The notes under the pieces were generated by a model. It saw only the letters and a program-made list of their open reading frames with translations. It did not search any database and was not told where the DNA came from. Positions 19,680-28,251 of a stretch of 64,000 bases of DNA are shown here, in pieces. Both the position numbers and the translations under genes were made by a program. Numbering within the stretch: position 1 is the first letter of the stretch; the number at the start of each line of letters is the position of its first letter. The DNA comes from Aggregatilineales bacterium (GTDB lineage: Bacteria > Chloroflexota > Anaerolineae > Aggregatilineales > J027): the NCBI GenBank assembly GCA_965215855.1, contig CBDCER010000003.1, positions 3,574,560-3,638,559 on the forward strand, read 5' to 3'.

Positions 19680-21593
19680 GTGGGAATGAAACGCTGGCGT
19701 AATCTTTCATGGCAATTTGGCATACTGGTTGCAGGTGTCACGACGCTTTTGCTATTGGTTGGCGGTGGGGTACTCCTGACACTCGATTATCGGAGTGATC
19801 GGGAAGCAGCCATTACTACACAGCATGAAGTCGCTTGCCGAGCCGCAGACCTGGTTGGGCGTTATATCGAAGAGCGCGTCCATGTTTTGAATGTTGTGGC
19901 TGGCAGTTCTGTTGAACTATCAGATGAATTGCCGGTATTGCTTGCCAACATTACACAGAACTATCCAGATTTGATTGAAATGGTGGTGTTGGATGGACAA
20001 GGGCGTGTCGTGGGTCACACTGCAACACAAGATGCCCTTCTTGACGACCCGGCCACTATGAACCGAGCCGATTGGCTAGAAACCTCATTACAAGACAATA
20101 TTTATCTCAGCAAGTTATTCCTATCGGCAGATGCCCCGCCTTATATGATTATGTCTTCACCTATTCAAGATGGGACATTATTGGGAATGACGGCGGCACG
20201 GCTGGATGTGCAGATATTGTGGGATAGGATGGCAACTATTTCCGCTGGTGATACGGGTGTGGCCTATTTTCTGGACGCGAATCGAGTCATCATTGGGCAT
20301 TCTGAATCAGCGGTGGTGTTGGCACAGCAACAGCAGCCATCAGGATTGGTTGAACAGGGTGGCGTTTATCAAAACATTAATGGTCAATCGGTGGTGGGAG
20401 CAAGTTGCGCCATTGCAGGAACCACCTGGACAGCAGTTGCCGAGTTGCCAGTCGATGAAGCCTATATCGACACCAGCGAGTCACAGCGGCGTGTGTGGGG
20501 GCTATATCTGGTGTTGGTGCTTATTCTGACGGCGCTATTGGGTTGGCTATTGGCGCGCCGCGTGTTGTTTCCAATTCGACAATTTGCCACGGGTGTTTAT
20601 CGGATTCGCCAGGGCGACCTGGAGTTTCGTTTGAACAGCACGCGTAAAGATGAAATTGGCGATCTAGCACGGGCGTTTGATGCCATGACGGAACAGTTGC
20701 ATTCAAGAACGCGTGAGGTGATGAACCTTAATCAAAGCCTGGAAGGCCGCGTACAGGAGCGTACCAGGGAGCTGCAAGAAGCGACGATTCGGATGGAAGC
20801 TATTGCTGATGCGCTGTATTATGCCACCGAGCGTGCTAACGCTGCTAATGATGCGAAGAACCAATTCTTGGCGAATATGAGCCATGAATTGCGGACTCCA
20901 CTCAGTTCGTTGATTCTATATCATGACTTGTTGCTGCGGGGTGCATATGGTGAGTTAAATGCACAGCAGCGCGACCGTCTCAACAAATCGCTGCTGAGTG
21001 CTAAACATTTGTTGGAGTTGGTGACAAGTGTTCTCGATCTGACAAAGGTGGAGGCACGCGAGATGCCGGTGAAGAAGGTCGAAACAGACATCCGCCCTGT
21101 TTTGGAATCTAGCAGCGAGATACTCGCTCCTCTCATTCAATCCGATGATGTGCAGTTCTCGATGGATATTATGCCCAACCTTCCGCCAATTTTGGGAGAT
21201 CAGCAACGTGTTCAACAGGTGGTCACACATTTGTTGTCTAATGCTGCCAAGTTTACGGCGTCGGGCGAGATTATCTTGAGTGCCCAGTTGGTTCACCTTG
21301 ATACGCGAGGTTCTCCAATGCCTGGCTTGCCACCAATGCCCAAAGGAGATTGGGTGGTGGTTTCGGTTAAAGATACTGGCATTGGTATTGCCGAAGAACA
21401 CCTTCAGGTTATCTTCGAGCCGTTTCGCCAGGTTGATGAAAGCAACACGCGTGAATATGGCGGGGCGGGATTGGGGCTGGCGCTGTGTCAGCGCATCGTT
21501 GAGGCGCAAAATGGATATATCGGCGTCGAGAGTACGTTGTGGAAGGGCAGCACCTTTTCGTTTGCGCTGCGGGCTATCCTTCGGGGCGGATAA
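19680..21593 (+). CDS. Sensor histidine kinase (Cache-like sensor, HAMP, HisKA, HATPase)
   Basis: Two TM helices flank a roughly 250-aa sensor domain. HAMP (FPIRQFATGVYRIRQGDLEFRL...DEIGDLARAFDAM). The H-box is MSHELRTPLSSL. The G-box is GAGLGLALCQ. GTG at 19680 has AGGA 10 nt upstream; ATG at 19686 is an alternative. Confidence 0.85.
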   Translation: MGMKRWRNLSWQFGILVAGVTTLLLLVGGGVLLTLDYRSDREAAITTQHEVACRAADLVGRYIEERVHVLNVVAGSSVELSDELPVLLANITQNYPDLIEMVVLDGQGRVVGHTATQDALLDDPATMNRADWLETSLQDNIYLSKLFLSADAPPYMIMSSPIQDGTLLGMTAARLDVQILWDRMATISAGDTGVAYFLDANRVIIGHSESAVVLAQQQQPSGLVEQGGVYQNINGQSVVGASCAIAGTTWTAVAELPVDEAYIDTSESQRRVWGLYLVLVLILTALLGWLLARRVLFPIRQFATGVYRIRQGDLEFRLNSTRKDEIGDLARAFDAMTEQLHSRTREVMNLNQSLEGRVQERTRELQEATIRMEAIADALYYATERANAANDAKNQFLANMSHELRTPLSSLILYHDLLLRGAYGELNAQQRDRLNKSLLSAKHLLELVTSVLDLTKVEAREMPVKKVETDIRPVLESSSEILAPLIQSDDVQFSMDIMPNLPPILGDQQRVQQVVTHLLSNAAKFTASGEIILSAQLVHLDTRGSPMPGLPPMPKGDWVVVSVKDTGIGIAEEHLQVIFEPFRQVDESNTREYGGAGLGLALCQRIVEAQNGYIGVESTLWKGSTFSFALRAILRGG

Positions 21594-22230
21594 TTCCCAT
21601 GCGGATAGCGTAACGGGTCACTTCGGCCAGACTATGTAAATCTAATTTTTCCATTAGATTACTGCGATGGGTACGAATAGTGTGTACACTGAGCATCAGA
21701 TGATCGGCGATACCTTGATTGGTCATTCCCTCAGCAATCAGTTGTAAGATTTCTCGTTCGCGGGTGGTCAGTGTCTCGAAGAGCGCATCATCTTCGGATT
21801 TTGCATTGTTTCCCTGTAAGATTTCACGCACGACTAAGTTGGCAACCGGGGGACTCAGGTATGTCTCGTTATTGAGGACGGCTTTGAAGGCCAGCTCAAT
21901 CTCTTCTGTTGCCGATTTCTTCAATAAATAGCCGCTAGCGCCCAGTTGCAGTGCACGTCGAACATATTGCTCGCTGGCGTGCATTGAGAGAATGATAATT
22001 TTCGCTGCCGGGCATTCACGGCGAATTCGGGCGGTAGCTTCCAGGCCATTTAAGCGTGGCATAGCAATATCCATCAAAACAATATCTGGCTGGAGGTCGG
22101 TTGCCATTTCTACTGCCTGCACGCCATCATCGGCTTCGGTCAAGACTTCGTAACCCGGCAGTTGCTCAATAATCAACCGAATGCCGGCACGGATGAGGGT
22201 GTGGTCTTCGGCAATCAGAATTTTGACCAC
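21574..22230 (-). CDS. NarL/FixJ-family response regulator (REC + LuxR HTH)
   Basis: ILIAEDH ... IVLMDIAMPRLNG, plus a LuxR-type HTH (LTTREREILQLIAEGMTNQGIADHLMLSVHTIRTHRSNLMEKL). Its 3' end overlaps the convergent HK gene by 20 nt. Confidence 0.9.
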   Translation of the reverse strand: MVKILIAEDHTLIRAGIRLIIEQLPGYEVLTEADDGVQAVEMATDLQPDIVLMDIAMPRLNGLEATARIRRECPAAKIIILSMHASEQYVRRALQLGASGYLLKKSATEEIELAFKAVLNNETYLSPPVANLVVREILQGNNAKSEDDALFETLTTREREILQLIAEGMTNQGIADHLMLSVHTIRTHRSNLMEKLDLHSLAEVTRYAIRMGIIRPEG

Positions 22231-22263
22231 TAGATTATCTCCTGGTTGGTAACAGTATAGCTG

Positions 22264-23370
22264 TTAATCATGTTTCTTGGGTAGCAAAGCGATGAGGTGG
22301 GTTCCTTCGCCTTTTGCTGTCTGGATCACCAGTTTACCCCCAATCATCGTTAGGCGTTCGCGCAGGCCACTTAGGCCGAGGTGTAGACGTTCAGTTGGCG
22401 TATTGCTGGACCAATAGTCGAATCCACAGCCATCGTCTTTGACGGATAACATCGTATAGTCATTCTGCAAAAGGAGAAAAACCTCAACTCCAGATGCACC
22501 TGAATGCTTATGTACATTCGTCAATGCTTCCTGCACAAAACGATAGGCCGTAATCTCACTTTCTGTACTTAGATTCAACGAAACTTGCGGATCGGACTGA
22601 TAATCCACTGGAATATTAAAGCGCCCCTCAAACTGCCGCACATACCACTCCAGTGCGGCATCCAGCCCCAAATCGTCTAACACTGTTGGGCGCAAGTTTT
22701 GTGAGATAGCATGTGCTTCGTCAATGGCTCGCTCGACAATGTGGGCAGCATCCTTCAGCAATTGTCCCATGCGTTCCAGATTGTCCAGACGCTGTGCTAC
22801 ATCGAGTGTCATTTTCAGTGCCGCCAAAGTCTGCCCAAACTCGTCATGGATTTCTCGTGATATACGCCGTTGCTCTTCTTCCTGCACCGCAATAATTTGC
22901 CGGGACAGCGCCGCCAGTTCTTCACTACGAGCTTCTAATGCAGCGTTGGCCGTCTGTAATTCCAATTCACTTACAGCGATAGTGCGCCCCATATGCCGAA
23001 GGGCTGCAATAATGCGGTTAGCCTCGGCAGGGCCTTCGACAGGTTTGACCTGTGTGTAACGTCCTTTTTCCACTTCTTCGACGATATGGATAAGCGTTTT
23101 CCAGGGACGTGTCAGGCGGAGAGCGATAAGACGTGTGGCGAGCAGAGTAGTGGCTACGGCGAGTAGCCAAGCCAGTCCAATGGCGGCCATAATTCGGCGT
23201 ATATCTGCTGCTGGGATGGAGGTGCTGTTGGATAATACGTCACGGGTTATTAGGAAAACTGTGACACCGACGCTGGTGATGAACAGCAGACTCACACCAC
23301 CCAGCACCAATGTGATCTGCGTAGCGAGGCTGAATCGCATCAGTGAAAGCTGCGGGAAAAGCCGTTTCAT
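22264..23370 (-). CDS. NarX/DesK-type sensor histidine kinase (HAMP, HisKA_3, HATPase)
   Basis: Two TM helices. The HisKA_3 H-box is RRISREIHDEFGQTLAAL. HATPase motifs are EALTNVHKHS and DDGCGF. It lies 33 nt upstream of the NarL-type RR, so the two are the likely cognate pair. Confidence 0.85.
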   Translation of the reverse strand: MKRLFPQLSLMRFSLATQITLVLGGVSLLFITSVGVTVFLITRDVLSNSTSIPAADIRRIMAAIGLAWLLAVATTLLATRLIALRLTRPWKTLIHIVEEVEKGRYTQVKPVEGPAEANRIIAALRHMGRTIAVSELELQTANAALEARSEELAALSRQIIAVQEEEQRRISREIHDEFGQTLAALKMTLDVAQRLDNLERMGQLLKDAAHIVERAIDEAHAISQNLRPTVLDDLGLDAALEWYVRQFEGRFNIPVDYQSDPQVSLNLSTESEITAYRFVQEALTNVHKHSGASGVEVFLLLQNDYTMLSVKDDGCGFDYWSSNTPTERLHLGLSGLRERLTMIGGKLVIQTAKGEGTHLIALLPKKHD

Positions 23371-23383
23371 CGACTGCTGAATA

Positions 23384-24523
23384 TTATGGGGTATTGTCGG
23401 TGATGTCTGGCGTTACAGCGGGCAGCGTAAACCAAAATGTGCTACCCTGACCGGGTTCGCTATCGACGCCCACATGCCCGCTAAGGTTATTGATGATTTG
23501 ATGCACAATCGAGAGGCCCAAACCAAAACTATTGCGTCGTCGTGGGTTCTGAGCAGGTTGGGCTTGGCTGAACATAGCGAACAGGCGCTCCTGATCTTCG
23601 GGCTTGATACCAATGCCGTTATCCTGGACTTCGTAGCGTATCTGTTCGTGGTTATTCAACATGGTTCCGCGTATTTGTATCAGCGGGGTCGTGTTGCCCT
23701 CGCCCATATACTTAATGGCGTTCTCGATCAAATTGGCAAAGATTTCCTCGATCCAGGGAATGTGGCCCATGGCTGGGGGTAAATCTTCGGCAACGTCGAT
23801 TTGGGCTTTATTGGGGGGAAAGCGTACCATAAGGTTTTGCACAACGCTGTACACATCGACAGCCTGCATGGCCTCATCGGAATGCCGCAGACGGGCCATC
23901 CATAATAGGTGGCGGACCATGACAACCATGTGTTCGGTGACCTCGCGGATCCGTCCCACGATATTTTGAGCTTTGGCCGGATCGCGCTCCAAGGTTAGTT
24001 CCAGTACATCCAGATAGCTCTTGATATTGCCTAGTGGTGACTTCAGGTCGTGGGCAATGACATGAGCATAAGCCTCTAGTTCACGATTCGCATCTTCTAA
24101 TTCGGCTGCGTAATGACGCAGGGCGGCTTGTTCCTGGCTCTTACGGATCAGACCGCGGAGATGGGCACGTAACACGCCCATGCGAAAGGGTTTGCCGAGG
24201 TAATCATCACTGCCAGCATCAAAAGCACGCTGGATGCTGATTTCATCGTCGATGGGGATAAATAGAAGAATGGGCACATGCACGCCACCGATTTGGTCAC
24301 GAATAGTTCTGCAAACCTCGTAGCCGTCAATCACTGGCAAATCGGCGTTGATGAGCAGCAGGTCGGGTTGTTGTTGTTCATAAGCGGCCAATGCCTGCTG
24401 ACCATCGCGCACCAGGCGCATGGTATGGCCCTCGGCCCGCAACAGGCGTTGCAGCACTTCGAGGTCAGCATCATGTTGGTCGGCGATTAGCACCAACAGA
24501 GGTGATTCGCCCGGTTTCGTCAT
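23384..24523 (-). CDS. Receiver-histidine kinase fusion with degenerate (Asn) acceptor site
   Basis: REC fold in which PDLLLINADLP places Asn (codon 24349-24347) where the acceptor Asp is expected. The H-box is IAHDLKSPLGNI. N/G boxes are ENAIKYM and GLGLSIV. Confidence 0.8.
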   Translation of the reverse strand: MTKPGESPLLVLIADQHDADLEVLQRLLRAEGHTMRLVRDGQQALAAYEQQQPDLLLINADLPVIDGYEVCRTIRDQIGGVHVPILLFIPIDDEISIQRAFDAGSDDYLGKPFRMGVLRAHLRGLIRKSQEQAALRHYAAELEDANRELEAYAHVIAHDLKSPLGNIKSYLDVLELTLERDPAKAQNIVGRIREVTEHMVVMVRHLLWMARLRHSDEAMQAVDVYSVVQNLMVRFPPNKAQIDVAEDLPPAMGHIPWIEEIFANLIENAIKYMGEGNTTPLIQIRGTMLNNHEQIRYEVQDNGIGIKPEDQERLFAMFSQAQPAQNPRRRNSFGLGLSIVHQIINNLSGHVGVDSEPGQGSTFWFTLPAVTPDITDNTP

Positions 24524-24548
24524 CGGCTTTGCTCCCTAAACAACAATC

Positions 24549-24572
24549 AGGGCGGACATTCTGGCCCGCCCT
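24549..24572 (-). terminator. Candidate terminator hairpin after the tadG-like gene
   Basis: AGGGCGG (24549-24555) pairs with CCGCCCT (24566-24572). On the minus strand the stem is followed by GATTGTTGTTT. A second 8-bp hairpin lies at 24598-24627. Confidence 0.35.
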
Positions 24573-24642
24573 TAGTATAGCGTATTTGTCTGGGGAACAC
24601 ACGGGGGTTTTGTGAAAAGCCCGTGTGCCCGCGTGCTGGTGA

Positions 24643-25911
24643 CTAATCTACCAGGTTGATGTAGGGTGGTGTTGGTGGCAACATATCAGGATCATAGATG
24701 ATGGTGTTGTTGCTACCACTAAAATTAATGGTATAGCCGATCACGGCCCCAATGACCGTGTTATCCGATGCACTCAGCGACACCCGGCCATAGGGTGCGT
24801 AGAGTAGCCCATGAACCGTGTTGTAGTTACCTGACATATCGATGCCATCGCTGGTGTTACAGTCGCCCGGTGCGCCAGCCTCTGAGAAGGCAACGATGTT
24901 ATCAACGTAACCGGTGTAAGCTAGGCCCGTACTACCCATTGTCAGTTTGATGTCGCCGTCAGAGACCACTGTGAGCGCTGCCCCCGGCACAAACCCCTCA
25001 ATCCAGACATCGCTGCCTTCGACCACGATCAGGCCATAAGCTTCGTCAATCCTGATGGTTGATCCGGTAACATGGATATCACCGTTGGAGATATGCTGAC
25101 TAATCCGGTCGGTGCCATTGTCGTAGAAGTATCGCCCATCGATCTGGGCTTCGGTGGCACGCGCAGTGCCCGGCACGTAATCATCAACCTCGAACAGGAT
25201 GGGGGCCGGCAAGGGATCGCTGGGGATCTCGGTGTCCAGCGTACCATCGCCCGGCGTGATTTTGTCGGGATTGACATAACCGCCGTAGCTGGTGGCTTCG
25301 GGATCACCCCAGATCGTCACACTACCCGTTCCACCCAGGATCTGGGTGTTGCCATTGCTGGCGACTCCACCTTCGATGGTGATACCGCTACCCGTCACGT
25401 CAACGCCTTTCGGGGCACACTGACCAGCCGAGAATAGCGCCGTGTTGTAGGCCGAGGCGGCGTCTTCGGGGCTGCACGTTGCCACCGCCCGGCTCTCGAC
25501 ATACAACGGCTCGCTGTAGACGATGCGGATGAAGTAGTTTGGTTTCTCAGCTTTGATGATGATTTCAACGTAGTCCGTCGTCTGAATTGCGACATCGCCT
25601 CTGGTTGGTGGGATATTGACGGATACCCAGTTGGTCGTGCCGTCGTTGTCGAAGCCATTGCGGGCAGCAGCGGCATAGGCCGCTTCCTGGATGGCAGCAG
25701 TATCGTCATTGACACACTTGGCATAAGCCGCGGCCAACACTGCGGCGTCGGCAGCGTTTTGCGTGTCACGATGTAGGAAGTATAGCCCACCGCCATCAAT
25801 CGCCAGACCGGTGATTGCCAACACGCCGACCATCATCAGGGCGATCAGCAGGATGGATTGCCCAGCTTCGGCTGGGGAGCGGCGTGAGATGATTCTCGTT
25901 TTCGTACTCAT
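24643..25911 (-). CDS. TadG-like pilus-associated protein (Tad/pilus-assembly N-terminal domain + beta-helix-like C-terminus)
   Basis: N-terminus GQSILLIALMMVGVLAITGLAIDGGGLYFLHRDTQNAADAAVLAAA matches the TadE/G-like signature. The C-terminus is Gly/Ser/Thr/Val repetitive, as in TadG. Confidence 0.65.
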   Translation of the reverse strand: MSTKTRIISRRSPAEAGQSILLIALMMVGVLAITGLAIDGGGLYFLHRDTQNAADAAVLAAAYAKCVNDDTAAIQEAAYAAAARNGFDNDGTTNWVSVNIPPTRGDVAIQTTDYVEIIIKAEKPNYFIRIVYSEPLYVESRAVATCSPEDAASAYNTALFSAGQCAPKGVDVTGSGITIEGGVASNGNTQILGGTGSVTIWGDPEATSYGGYVNPDKITPGDGTLDTEIPSDPLPAPILFEVDDYVPGTARATEAQIDGRYFYDNGTDRISQHISNGDIHVTGSTIRIDEAYGLIVVEGSDVWIEGFVPGAALTVVSDGDIKLTMGSTGLAYTGYVDNIVAFSEAGAPGDCNTSDGIDMSGNYNTVHGLLYAPYGRVSLSASDNTVIGAVIGYTINFSGSNNTIIYDPDMLPPTPPYINLVD

Positions 25912-25929
25912 GGTAGCTCTCCTTGTGAT

Positions 25930-27594
25930 TTAGTTACATAGCCCGAAGAACTCGGCATTATAGAGATTGTAGGCAGCGGCGAGGGCGACTTGAAGCAGGC
26001 CCGGTGAGCCATAACCACTGACTGCGTTGTAGCCTTCCGATGCATAATTGACTGAAATCCGATAATTGTCCGCGGCCAGCGACGGAAACTGGAAGAAGCC
26101 GCCAGCATTCGTATCTTGAGTCACACTCACGTTGTCACCGTTGGTGGCGAAATTACCATCGTCCCCCGGCCATAAGAGCGTGACCGTGATACCTTGTGCA
26201 TAAGACTCCTGCGTACTGTGCATGGTCCCATCACAGCCACCGCCATGCGTATCCTCCCAGACATTGCCGGAAATTGAACTTGTTCCAGTGGGGATGGTTC
26301 CGCTACCAGCGGCGCTGCAATCCACGGTGGACGTGTTCGATGAAGTGCCTTCGATTTCGCCGGGCGGGATACCATTGATGGTGACCATGTAGAAGGTGAG
26401 TGTTTGGCCTACAAAGATGTTGGCGCAATCCGCACAAGAAGTAGTGGTGGTGTCGGAGACAATTGCCACGACCGAATCGTCGGACGACAGCCGGATTTCG
26501 GCACTGGTCGGGTAGATTCCCAGATCATCCCAGGCAAAACTGACGTTGCCCGTCGCGCAACTGTCCATAGTGGCTGTGAAGTTCATGGGGGTGGGCGGCG
26601 GCGTGCAGAAGGCCGACGAGTCGCGGGAGTACACGCTTTGTACCTCGACCACCACTGAGTCGCTGTTGGTGTAGTTGGTGAAGACCACTGCATAGTAGGT
26701 CCGGTTGCCATTGGTCGCAATAATATCACAATTGTTGCAGGCGGCGGTGCCGGGCGATATGAGCGTGTAGACCACTGCATCAGTGTCCGAATCACGAATT
26801 TGGAGCTTGTCGGGTATTGAAGGGAGGGCGTCCCAACTGAAGGATACCCGCCCGTTTGCACAATTGACGTCTGCCTTGAAATTGTAGGTCGTCTGGGGAG
26901 CCGGAATCCACCCAGGATTCGTATCTTCGGGTGGCACAGCTTTGGTATCATCGATGGTTGGATCGCTGCCGCGCGTCTCTTCACAGCCATTGTTGCAGCC
27001 ATCACCGTCGGGATCCGCCGTCGCCAGTGCCGCATTCGTATCAGCGAAATAACTGCGTTCCCAGCGGTCATCCAACCCGTCCCGGTCATCATCATTGAGG
27101 GTCGATCCAAAGGGAATGGTTGTGATGATAGTACGCTGCCCCGAAAACTGGAAGTCCACGCTGAAATCGATGAAGCCAAGCGTGATGAAATCAATGGTGG
27201 AAATTACCTCGATGTGTAGAATGTCACCGTTTTCAATCTCGCTGGCCGTGACTTCGCCAGTCACGTTGCAATCCTGATCGTCAGCGGGCAAGATGGAGCT
27301 ATCGCTGGCTTTAATGTAGTAGATCTCGGGATCGACCGTCGTAAAGAACAGATCGCCCGCGATGTTGTCCATGCGAGTACAGTCCAGGTAGGGATCAGTA
27401 GTATCAGAACCCAGTACCTCAGCCAGGCGCAAGGCGTCGCGCAATTGGTTGGATGCCTGGGCATAGGTGAACAGCACCCGCCCAAAGTCGATGATGCCCA
27501 ACACCAGCAACAGCAGGATGGGTATCGTCAGAACGAATTCGAGTAAGGCTTGGCCGTCTTCACGTTTTTCAGAGCGTTTGGGTTGTTTTAGCAT
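25930..27594 (-). CDS. TadE-like pseudopilin N-terminus fused to a 500-aa adhesin-like region
   Basis: EDGQALLEFVLTIPILLLLVLGIIDFGRVLF is a TadE motif. D-rich Ca-binding motifs follow (DDDRDGLDDRWE, DPDGDGCNNGCEE). There are two internally duplicated Cys-containing Ig-like modules (VSFSWDALP / VSFAWDDLG) and an SdrD-B/Cna-B-like end (GNVWEDTHGGG...GGFFQFPSLAADNYRISV). Confidence 0.6.
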   Translation of the reverse strand: MLKQPKRSEKREDGQALLEFVLTIPILLLLVLGIIDFGRVLFTYAQASNQLRDALRLAEVLGSDTTDPYLDCTRMDNIAGDLFFTTVDPEIYYIKASDSSILPADDQDCNVTGEVTASEIENGDILHIEVISTIDFITLGFIDFSVDFQFSGQRTIITTIPFGSTLNDDDRDGLDDRWERSYFADTNAALATADPDGDGCNNGCEETRGSDPTIDDTKAVPPEDTNPGWIPAPQTTYNFKADVNCANGRVSFSWDALPSIPDKLQIRDSDTDAVVYTLISPGTAACNNCDIIATNGNRTYYAVVFTNYTNSDSVVVEVQSVYSRDSSAFCTPPPTPMNFTATMDSCATGNVSFAWDDLGIYPTSAEIRLSSDDSVVAIVSDTTTTSCADCANIFVGQTLTFYMVTINGIPPGEIEGTSSNTSTVDCSAAGSGTIPTGTSSISGNVWEDTHGGGCDGTMHSTQESYAQGITVTLLWPGDDGNFATNGDNVSVTQDTNAGGFFQFPSLAADNYRISVNYASEGYNAVSGYGSPGLLQVALAAAYNLYNAEFFGLCN

Positions 27595-27602
27595 GGTTTC
27601 GC

Positions 27603-28070
27603 CTATTCACTCACAATGGTTTGCGTAGCCGTCGCCGAGAGCGTCAGATGATCGGCCCCGGCAATGCTGGGGATAAGCGGTGTGATCAGTTCAAAGGTAT
27701 GTTGGATCGTGACTTCGACGGTACTGCCCGTGCCGTAGGGCGTCGGGCGATCAACTGTGAAGGTTGTGTTGCCATCCGTCCAGTCAAAATAGCCGCTGGC
27801 GGCATTTTGGGCACGATACAAGGCGTTGTTCGGATCTGCACAACCGGTACCATCGGTGCTATCCCGGCAAGCGGGGTACAACGACAAATACACGGCGGCT
27901 TCACCAGCACTGTCCTCCAGGGCGATGTAGATGTAGTAAGCTCGTCCCAGGTCCAGCAGCCCCATCAAGATCATGATGAGGATGACAAAACCAACCGTCA
28001 TCTCGACCAGACTTTGTCCGCGTTCTAGCTTCTTATTTGTTTTTCTCGGATTTATCAAAGATAACGACAT
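27603..28070 (-). CDS. TadE-like pseudopilin
   Basis: ERGQSLVEMTVGFVILIMILMGLLDLGRAYY is the canonical TadE N-terminal motif. GGAGGC lies upstream of the ATG. This is the first gene of a 3-gene string with 8- and 18-nt gaps. Confidence 0.7.
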   Translation of the reverse strand: MSLSLINPRKTNKKLERGQSLVEMTVGFVILIMILMGLLDLGRAYYIYIALEDSAGEAAVYLSLYPACRDSTDGTGCADPNNALYRAQNAASGYFDWTDGNTTFTVDRPTPYGTGSTVEVTIQHTFELITPLIPSIAGADHLTLSATATQTIVSE

Positions 28071-28251
28071 ATAAGCCTCCTAAATTGGATTGGCCTCATT
28101 TATAGCATAGAGGGTATTGGGACAGTCGCCTATACGCTGAATGTACTAGATGATTAGGGAAGATGTAGTATAAGAAGAATTCGCATAGTCATTTACAAAA
28201 ACAAAACACACAACCACTCAACAACCACCAAACAGCAGGGCTTCTCAATTC

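Noticed and set aside
24643-28251. A complete Tad/Flp pilus locus
   Set aside because: Only TadE/TadE-fusion/TadG-like genes are present. I looked for a small Flp pilin ORF in 28071-28251 and found only an 11-codon ORF. No ATPase, platform, secretin or prepilin peptidase genes occur in the window.
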